DNA of 64,000 bases from Balanoglossus misakiensis (Eukaryota > Animalia > Hemichordata): assembly GCA_040954595.2 (NCBI GenBank), contig CM082581.2, forward strand, positions 4,022,699 to 4,086,698, given 5' to 3'. Positions 55,701 to 64,000 of the stretch are shown here, in pieces; the stretch's first letter is position 1; each line of letters starts with the position of its first letter. The notes beneath the pieces were generated by a model. It was not told the origin of the DNA and made no database searches. It was given only the letters and a program-made list of their open reading frames with translations. A program made the position numbers and the translations under genes.

Positions 55701-58700
55701 ACAACAATGTGCTGATTGATCTTATGTTGTTGTGGTGATACTTTTCACTTCTATTTTAATATCATGTTATTTCACACGTTGGGTACAATTTCAATTTTTA
55801 TTTCACATACACTGTGACAATTTTATCAGTGAATTGAACAATTTTTCACAACATTCCTTTAGCCATCAGTAAATCTCCACACACTTTTGTCCAGGTAAAA
55901 ACCTACATACATACAACTTAGTATTTAAGGATATTTTTTTATTAAAGGTAAAAAATATTAGTTCGATTTTACATATGGACTGATTGCAATGAAGACAGAT
56001 GCTGATTAACCCTTTCACCACCATGGTTCGGTCCAAACCCATTATTTTCTATGGTGAGGTTGGACCTACAAAGAGGGACCTGGGGGTGAAAGGGTTAAAT
56101 TAAGACCTAATTTCCCTGTGATTACATCCAAAGCATACTAGTGTTTAACGAGTAATGATGATGTACATACCTTGATCAAATTACCATACTCTTTATCAAA
56201 GAGTAATCCTCTTACAGGAAATGAACTGTCATATCTAAAGTTTACCAGTTCCTGAAATTCAAAATAAACATTCCAAATGAGTTTTGCACAGAAAATACAC
56301 TATATGAATAATCAAATCAGAGCTTCCCAAGCTTAAATATGGACATGAGAAATGTCTTTATAGAAATATTAATACTGGTACAAATTCAAATCAAAAAGAG
56401 AAAAGTTGGCTTGTAAATATTTATAGATACGCATAGCAAAAAGGAATATGATAGCTGAAGAAGTCCAATGCTGTTAATTAGATAAGAATTGAATAATGTA
56501 ATTACAAATACTTGGAATATATTAACAAACCCATTAAGTTTTTTAATTGAATTTACCAGCAGTCCAAGCAAGGATGACTATCAATCCAATTGTCCACTCA
56601 ATAAGTGGATTCAGACTGGACAGTTTGCTGCGGTGTAGCACCAGTGCTGGGCCCGGGCTGGCATAAAATAACAAATATGGACACGCTGTGTTGGCCTAGG
56701 GCCAGCTTAATTTGGTCCCAGTAGGAAGGGGAGTTTTAGGGCCGACCTAAAATCTAGGCCAACGCAAACTCGTGTGTGTAGACACTACGTCAATCACATG
56801 GTCATATGCAATGAATCAGCATGTAAAATGGGTAAATGGAGTACAGTGGAGACAAAATCTGAGTCGGCCCAAATTTAGGTACCAGTATACATGTAGGTGC
56901 GGACGCGGCCCAAATCTATTCCCCAAAAGAGAGTCACTTTATGTTGCCCTAAATTTTCTGGTGAAAATTAACCTACCTGAGGGTAACCAATGGATACCAT
57001 CCTTTCCACCACAAGATCAAACCCCATTTCTTCATATTCAGGGGACTTGTACACTGCAACAAAAATGACAATTGTGAAGAATAACATAGATTGTAAAATG
57101 TATCATTTAAAATACTAAGTATTTTTTCTCTGATAAGTCAAATCAATACAATGTAGTGGATCTAGCCAATAAGCTATATTAGCTGACTTGCCTCTGGTTC
57201 AACACTAAAGACGAATTGAAAATATTGTAAGTTTAAAATGGAACCCTAAATGAACTTTTAAAATTTCAGCCTGTATCAACTTTATGCACACTATTGTTAG
57301 TTTGGCTTGGTCAACCTGGATCAAATCTCCCTAACCATCACATACATGAAAACCTCCAGTTTTATATGTAAACATTTTCATTTTCATTTGTGGACCAATC
57401 ACAGCAAGCATGACAAATTGAGTTCAACAACTTATATCACCACCAGTACTTCCAATATCTGATAGCTATTGACGTACAAGTACAGCAGCAGTCCAGAGAG
57501 GAATTTTTTGAAAAGCAAACCCTGCTATCTTTAATGACTGCCACAGTGCCAGGTTATTAAAATCATCCATCTCAATTAATCTATTTTGTCTCAAAAACCT
57601 TCACATGGATGGACCCAGTTGGACTCATGTGTGTTTTAGCTGCAAACTTTTAATAAGTTCTTGATATTGTTGTATAGTTTACAATGTTTTGTTTATGGGT
57701 TTGGTGTGGCTGCAGGACAGAAAGTGGACAAGATACAGATGTACCACAGACATTGCTTTCCCTTGATTATCATTTCGCCTCTAAATTTAATAAACACCAA
57801 GTAACAAGCAAAACATGCATTCCTCAATCTCTCCTGGGTTTTGCCAAATGTTTAAGAGTGTACACCCCAATTATGTGATTGGCTCCTCGCATGCCATTTA
57901 GAACCGTATGATCGCACTACACATTTCCAGACCAACATGATCTCCAATGACATTTTTATACTAAACTATGTTTTGAGGGAGGGTGCCAGACTGAATAAGC
58001 ATACTTTGGCAGCAGATATGCAGACACACTCTTCTAACTATTTCTGAGGAATTCAAGGTCAAAGACAAATCTACTAATTGTATTTACCCTGCCTATTAAA
58101 TTGGATAAAAGGTTGCCAGAGTAGGAGCACATATTAAAATAGTTACTTGCTGAGGAATTGACCTCATGCTAATGAAATCACCCACTGGTTAGCAACAAAT
58201 GTGCAGGCCATTGTGATAATTTTATTCAAACTTCTAATGGGGAAATTCAGAAAAAAATACACAGGAATTGTATGTACACAGTTGAAGGTACAGGGGACAT
58301 ATTTTATACATTTTTTTCTCTCTGACATTATGCTTCGTACTATTTGTGTTGATAGTGTGTAATTATTTATCACTGTATCCAAATAAGACAGTTGTGCTTG
58401 TAGCAATAAATGATTGACAGACATTAACTGTGGTTGGATAGAAAATTATAATGCTTTATAATAAATGTTGTGGGGGTAATGGGTTGACTGCATAAACCAA
58501 CACGCATACAATCTTGATTTGATCTTTGTGAACATGTTTGCTGGGATCATAACATGTCATTTATTATTTATAACATGTGTTATTGTGTCTTTCATGCCAT
58601 CAGGCGAGATGATGCAATGCTAGCATGTATCCCATCCAGTGATGTAATGAAATTATATGAAACTGAAATATCAGGAATGGCGTGTATAAAAGGGAACACC

Positions 58701-60127
58701 AACTTCACACATATGCAATTTGTCAGTGATTAACATAATATTTATTACTAAAAGGTACAAACAGATGCTGCCAAGTCTATTCCTGCCAAACTCATTTATG
58801 TGAACAAACAAGCTGTTCATAAACAGACCTAGACCTATTGCATGGGACCCCAAAAGACTTGTACATTGTTGGTACAGACTATACTAAATATCAGGACTGG
58901 TGCTTTGGGGAAGGAATACTCTTTTACAGTTAGGTGTTTAGAGTAAGGTCATTATATTTTGGGAAATAGAGAATCCGAAGGGTCTTTATTTTTCAGACAT
59001 GTAGATAAACATGACCAAATACTTTCACCCAAACATATTTTTATAATTGTATGAGCATTTTATATAGCTATCTGTCTAAAGCATTAAAATTACATTTTTT
59101 CTGCTACAAAAATCATCCCAATATAGAGTAACTTTCATGCGCAAAAAGTAACCCATCAGATGGACTTCAGTTGAACAATTGTCATCCTAATCGGGCTAGC
59201 AGTTTCTGACTTTTTGTCAAACGCTGAAAAGATCTTTAAATTGAAGTTTTAACCCCTTTCTTGCGTGTGCGCTTGGAATGACTGGTTATCGTGTACTATT
59301 GTATTTATATATTGTGTATATTTCTCAGTCACAAGAATACACTGATAAAAATCATGAATGTATACTATAAACATGGAACACACATCTTATCATAAAACAT
59401 GGATATTGGAGCTGAGTGTGGCCATTTTGAATGGTTGCTAGCTGCATCACTGATCAGTGTGCACTAGTCTAGCACAACTCATTTCATAGAACTGTTCTTG
59501 TATGAGGTTTTGGTTATACCGTAGACACTAGATGGTTGTACCCTATGTTGTTTTCTCTTAAAATTTTTGTAAACATCTTTAATTCATTGTATTTAATGTA
59601 AAATTGAAACTTTACAACATCAGCTATTAATAATATTACCAGATGCAGTTCTGACCATAGACTAACAATGGCATACAGCCACACCCTATTCATAAACGTC
59701 ACACTCACACATATCGTGTAGCAATCTATAATATGGACAAATACTATATCCTTAACACTAATATTAAATGATAAGTATGTATTCAGTCCCCCACAGTTTT
59801 AATCCATATTTTATTCCACAACTAAACATAATACAAATACACCTGACTTAACATGTTACAAATACACCTGGCAACAGTAACTATGCTTGGGGTAATCTTA
59901 CCTACTAGGGTATAGTCCATATCAAATCCAAAGTAGTTGATTTTCTCCAAACTGACACTGCGGTTGGCAAAGACACGATGTGGTGTATCTCTGCGATACT
60001 TCTTGGGGACTGATTCACCCGACGTAAAATCCAAAGTTGGCTTGTTATCCATCACTGTCATTGGAAAGGGATCATACATGACCCAATCATCAAAGGACAC
60101 AGTTTTTGAAGACAGTCTTTGAGCCAT
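46518..60127 (-). CDS. NT5C2: cytosolic purine 5'-nucleotidase (cN-II, HAD family), 15 coding exons, 583 aa from ATG at 60127
   Basis: Phase-consistent exons 60127-59902, 57053-56977, 56251-56171, 55048-54895, 52556-52405, 51647-51568, 51382-51322, 51203-51162, 50700-50593, 50199-49962, 49781-49730, 48931-48871, 48174-48117, 47762-47644, 46760-46518 (1752 nt). Contains HAD motifs FDMDYTL, LATNS, ARKP and [10 protein letters not shown], plus MPHESTV and the acidic tail HDEDDEE. Confidence 0.97.
47387..47470. mobile_element. 84-bp piggyBac-like MITE, copy 1 (NT5C2 last intron)
   Basis: TIR CCCTTTCAC...GTGAAAGGG with (C)TAA / TTAA flanks. Confidence 0.75.
47644..47762 (-). CDS. NT5C2: NT5C2 exon 14 ([18 protein letters not shown]...FFRAAPML)
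   Basis: attcag / gtaagt. Confidence 0.95.
48117..48174 (-). CDS. NT5C2: NT5C2 exon 13 ([19 protein letters not shown])
   Basis: ttacag / gtaagt. Confidence 0.94.
48871..48931 (-). CDS. NT5C2: NT5C2 exon 12 ([20 protein letters not shown])
   Basis: ttatag / gtaaaa. Confidence 0.92.
48995..49562. mobile_element. CpG-rich interspersed repeat ending in a long palindrome (non-autonomous DNA element, family uncertain)
   Basis: abrupt CpG-rich insert in a CpG-poor intron; begins near TCTGATTGGACGAGAGC; 49419-49560 is an imperfect inverted repeat. Confidence 0.55.
49730..49781 (-). CDS. NT5C2: NT5C2 exon 11 ([18 protein letters not shown])
   Basis: tttcag / gtaaga. Confidence 0.92.
49962..50199 (-). 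CDS. NT5C2: NT5C2 exon 10 (ETGVLRIG...[15 protein letters not shown]...ELHVWTEKR)
   Basis: tgatag / gtaagg; HAD motif IV. Confidence 0.95.
50593..50700 (-). CDS. NT5C2: NT5C2 exon 9 ([36 protein letters not shown])
   Basis: tcctag / gtaagt. Confidence 0.95.
51162..51203 (-). CDS. NT5C2: NT5C2 exon 8 ([14 protein letters not shown])
   Basis: tttcag / gtgagt. Confidence 0.93.
51322..51382 (-). CDS. NT5C2: NT5C2 exon 7 ([20 protein letters not shown])
   Basis: ttctag / gtacat; HAD motif II. Confidence 0.95.
51568..51647 (-). CDS. NT5C2: NT5C2 exon 6 ([27 protein letters not shown])
   Basis: tgtcag / gtaaat. Confidence 0.95.
52405..52556 (-). CDS. NT5C2: NT5C2 exon 5 ([12 protein letters not shown]...[13 protein letters not shown])
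   Basis: tcacag / gtatgc. Confidence 0.95.
54895..55048 (-). CDS. NT5C2: NT5C2 exon 4 ([10 protein letters not shown]...[10 protein letters not shown])
   Basis: cacag / gtgagt. Confidence 0.95.
56010..56094. mobile_element. 85-bp piggyBac-like MITE, copy 2, inverted relative to copy 1 (NT5C2 intron 3)
   Basis: TTAA-CCCTTTCAC...GTGAAAGGG-TTAA; its reverse complement aligns end to end with 47387-47470. Confidence 0.8.
56171..56251 (-). CDS. NT5C2: NT5C2 exon 3 ([27 protein letters not shown])
   Basis: tttcag / gtatgt. Confidence 0.95.
56977..57053 (-). CDS. NT5C2: NT5C2 exon 2 ([26 protein letters not shown])
   Basis: ttgcag / gtaggt; homology to cN-II. Confidence 0.95.
59902..60127 (-). 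CDS. NT5C2: NT5C2 coding exon 1 (MAQRL...[16 protein letters not shown]...GFDMDYTLV)
   Basis: GCC ATG G Kozak context; donor G|gtaaga; HAD motif I DMDYT. Confidence 0.9.
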
Positions 60128-61029
60128 GGCAGGGTGGCAGACGCAATAGTGCAAACACACAATAGCCAATAGAGCACACACAAAGTATTTGCCTACATTG
60201 GGATACACACAGTAAAATACAATGTTACATGAGCGCTAAATGCAAACACTTTGGTTACATAATATAACAACTAAAGCATTTTCCAGCTGTAATAGCACAA
60301 TGGTAGTCTTTTGAATAAATAATATGGTATGACATCATTTGAAAAATAAAATTAAGTCATACTCCTTCCCTGTGTTAAGTGTTAGTACCAAGAGAATTCA
60401 CACGGAAGGTTAATGACCTTAAAGGTAAAACAGAAATAGATAGATACACAAATACTTTACACTAAAAGGTCAACGTAACTGGACTAAGGACAAAGCTGAG
60501 ATATGAACAAAACATGCAACAGTAATGAAACCTTATTGACAAAAGGTGTTAAGTATAGACCAGCGGCTTCCAGTTGACTCGTCAGATCGCTATATTCAAT
60601 ATCACGATAGTCTATTGCGCAGTAACAATTTACAAAACGTTAACACCACTCAAATCTGATCGGGGCTGATACAATATTTGCATACAATACGGAACGCACA
60701 GCCCAAAAGACCAGTGGGGATGTAGGGGCGTGTATACGTATGCAAATGACCAGCTGGCCCAAATATTACTTGGCATTTAAAGATGGTTGAATTGAGTTAA
60801 CAATACTATAAAATGTCAATTGCATTATAGCGTTTTCAGCAACATCACAGACAATCTCTCCCAATCATAACACGGAGCAACAAGCTGGATTGTTTTCGTC
60901 TACCGGCCGACATGACGCGACCGCTGTTGTCAACAGTACTTTTTGGAGAGCGATATCAAATATGGTACTTGGTTAAATTTTCAGATATTTATTATTATTT
61001 TGAAATCGTATGTAACTATGAACACATAC

Positions 61030-61066
61030 CTGCCAAGTTATAATGAATCCACCTCTTTACGAAATT
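61030..61066 (-). other. candidate 37-nt upstream exon of NT5C2 (5' UTR or coding NFVKRWIHYNLA)
   Basis: attatttcag|AATTTC...GGCAG|gtatgt; strong sites, phase compatible with the acceptor at 60192. Confidence 0.45.
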
Positions 61067-61853
61067 CTGAAATAATTTTGTAAATGTTATAAACGTTTAC
61101 CAATTCCCCTGACAGGACTGCAGACTGTTTTACTCTTACACTGTAACCTATTCACAACCATAACATTAGATAACCGTGAGCCACAGGTAGGACCTTCAAT
61201 ATCAGTCAAGCACTTAGCATTAAGTTATAGTCTAAAGCTTGCCTCCAAATACATTTGCAACTGTTACAGACATGCCATTGACATCAAGGTTTACACCTGC
61301 TGGTTTAAAACCAAATTGAGAATTCCTTTCTGATGCGGATTAATTTAGTCGCGACGAAGGTGACGGACAAGCTGCAGCCAGTACGATACTGTATAACATT
61401 ATACATAGAGTCTATGAACTGATGTGCTACATGAAAGACGTACTCTGATTGGTGGACGATCAATCAGGACAGGCCATCTGCAGGTCAGGTTACGGGCTCA
61501 TGTCCACGTAAATATTATGTTTACATGTATATTTCGTCAGTCCAGTCATCGACACTCGACAATACTGCAGGCCCAAAGTTTAAAAGGTTGTAGGGAGGAC
61601 GGAGGTGGTTGTTGATGTATATCAGCCGCCAAAACACGTACGATTGAGAAGTGTATTTCCTCCACCTTGGGTCAAGGACGAAGAGAAAAAAGTGCCCGCG
61701 TACAGTCCGGCGACAGGCCTGCGAGTTTTAAACTGCGACTTGCACTGTGATGGCGTCCTTTGAAACTGCAATTTTTAATCTCTGTGGTGCGAGTAGTATA
61801 ACAAAAATACAAATGTTCAGAAATAAAGTTACACCAATTCCAAAACTGTCTTA

Positions 61854-62363
61854 CCATGGACGTAAAAAGAGAAGGACTTAGGACTGCCGCTTAAGCCCAT
61901 TCACACCTATTGTGTTCGCTTTGTCTACGCTGTTCTTTGACGTCGGGTGACCGTTGCCGAAGTCAACGTACACAGTGACACACCCCCTCGGGTGCTCTCA
62001 GCAGTATTCACGAAAACTTGCTGTTTAAGTCACAAATAAGTGGTAAATTAATGTAAAATTATCACCATTTTTTTGTATCGATGTAACGGAAATAAAGAAG
62101 TGAAAACAGAAAAAATCGACGCATATTTGACCAAATGGCGAACCGATCTTTATAAGCATACTAAAAAAACAAGACATTTTAAAATCACTCTCACTTTAAA
62201 AGTTCAAGGGTCCTACGTCTAATTTTTGCATTTTAGAGGAGACGAAGCAATAAACTTTCAGAAAATGTGCGTCTTATATGCAGGAGCACATGGCCATTTT
62301 CGCTATCCACGTTCGGATTTTGCCAATGTTCGCGAAGTGCGGTTACTCTTTTTACGTCCATGG
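61854..62363. mobile_element. 510-bp MITE with 18-bp TIRs and a 5-bp target-site duplication
   Basis: perfect TIR CCATGGACGTAAAAAGAG (61854-61871 / 62346-62363) flanked by direct TCTTA (61849-61853, 62364-62368). Confidence 0.9.
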
Positions 62364-64000
62364 TCTTACTAAATTAATAACGACATTTTTTTCATTTTCT
62401 TGACACCATACGTACACAAAGACCTGGTTATCGGAGCCAGCCAATATCCACTCTGATAAAAATTAACTCGAAACTGAAATGACTTTTATTTTCACCTTAC
62501 ACAAATATCGCGAGTGACTTATATGACCAGGCTTTTTGACAATATGCTCGGTATATCGGACCATGTTGAAATCAATCTGAGAAAGTTTCATCGGGTTGTT
62601 GAACTTTAATCCCGTAAAAAATAATTGGAGCAAATCCAGAGGGGATTGACAAGGTCCGAAATTCGCCTTTCGGCAAGTTCAAGAAGTTCAAGTGAAGCTG
62701 TCGTAACAAGGATATTCAGGTCCCTGTTGAACATGCATCTCGACCAAATGGTGTCAAATAACCAGGTAAACGAACAATCGTCTTTCAAGTAGTTCAGGCT
62801 ACTTTTTTCCTTCACACTGAAGAAGTTATACATAGAGCATAATATGCAAAACAATCTGAAAAAGAAACAAGATTTTGATTATTGATAAATAAAACAATAT
62901 GCGAATGACCCTCTTTCGCTTTGCCGTGCAAGCCCATGGCACCCGGGACCTCCCACGGAATTTGCATTTAATAGTTGCATATAACATTAGTAAACAATAT
63001 TGGTTTATACATTATAGTTGTACACTTCGTGGACGGCTATTTTAGGGTCTGTTTGACTTCATGGAATTCCCCTATCGCAAAGAATGATGAATACAAAAAC
63101 TTCACACGCTGAAGGTGGAGCCATAAGTCAACTCGTTCGGTAAGCTAAGCAAGAAATTAAGCCCACATTGCCAACGATCCATGGCCATTTTGCCCCGGAA
63201 TTGGGCGATTCCTGTGCAGCTAATTTAAGGTAGCAAGATAACTGCGTGAAATAATCTGAAACCGTCGATAGCTGTGCGAAGAACTAATCGCAGAAGTGAG
63301 ACAGATCCTTCTGAGGACTTCTTTGCTTTCTACAGAAACTTCACTTGATGGGGGATATGTGGAAACGCAGATCTAGATGTATATAAAAGAGTATTTGATG
63401 GGATATCATTATTTTCGCTGAAGTTGGCAAATAAAATACTTGCCCTAAACGTGCCATAATTCTTACAAGGGTTTTTGAGTTATGTCACATTCAGTCGCGA
63501 TGTTCAAAGTGTCAGGGATAATATAAACAAAATGCCCCCAAAAATGTTGACTAATGCAGTACTGCAATTGGACGATTGAAAATGATCCAAGACGGTTTGG
63601 ACTAGCCGACTATTAATCGATTGATGATTTTTTTCGAGTATTTGCTTGCTTTGAGCGAGTTTCTCGTACTGAGCTCAGTTTTGAATTCGGGGCAGAGCTG
63701 ATGGTTTCGGTCACCGGCCGACCACCAACGCGATCCCATGCATGACTACGCGCTCACACTCGCTGCGGTTTCCACACACGTTTACATGTATAGACTCGGG
63801 AAAAAATCTGAAATGTATGTATCATGAAATACAATGTAATGAAGCCCATAGACCTGGAGCAAGTCTAAAAGCGGTTAAAAGAAAACTTTTGGCATCCCTG
63901 TCCTGCCCCCCCCCCCCCCTGTGTGGCGTGGAGAAGATAAATATGATCTGTAATGTCTAGCCTGTGAATTTTGTAACAGAGGTTTAAGTGAAACCATTTT

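Noticed and set aside
62606-62854. 82-aa ORF behind a good acceptor (62856) on -
   Set aside because: No recognisable protein; may be a uORF in a non-coding exon, so it is not called as CDS.

Overview
AT-rich animal genomic DNA with GT-AG introns. The single helix-2 in COE indicates a non-vertebrate; an invertebrate deuterostome such as a hemichordate is my inference, not something shown. Three genes are supported. (1) The 3' two-thirds of a COE/EBF (Collier/Olf/EBF) transcription factor gene on + (exons 8975-26088, long 3' UTR to about 30.3 kb). (2) A gene with an intronless CDS for a type II membrane SAM-dependent methyltransferase-like protein on - (36719-37708). (3) A complete 15-coding-exon cytosolic purine 5'-nucleotidase (NT5C2/cN-II) on - (46518-60127, 583 aa). 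Several MITEs with clear terminal repeats and target duplications, and a (GAT)~96 microsatellite, are present. The most striking signal is in COE: the 82-nt exon encoding the DNA-contacting GH-loop segment is tandemly duplicated (8975-9056 and 9095-9176). Both copies have intact splice sites and frame, they are separated by only 38 nt, and a candidate 12-nt microexon follows. This looks like a mutually exclusive splicing switch inside the COE DNA-binding domain. Also notable are the bacterial-looking membrane-anchored methyltransferase and a possible membrane-anchored N-terminal isoform of NT5C2.
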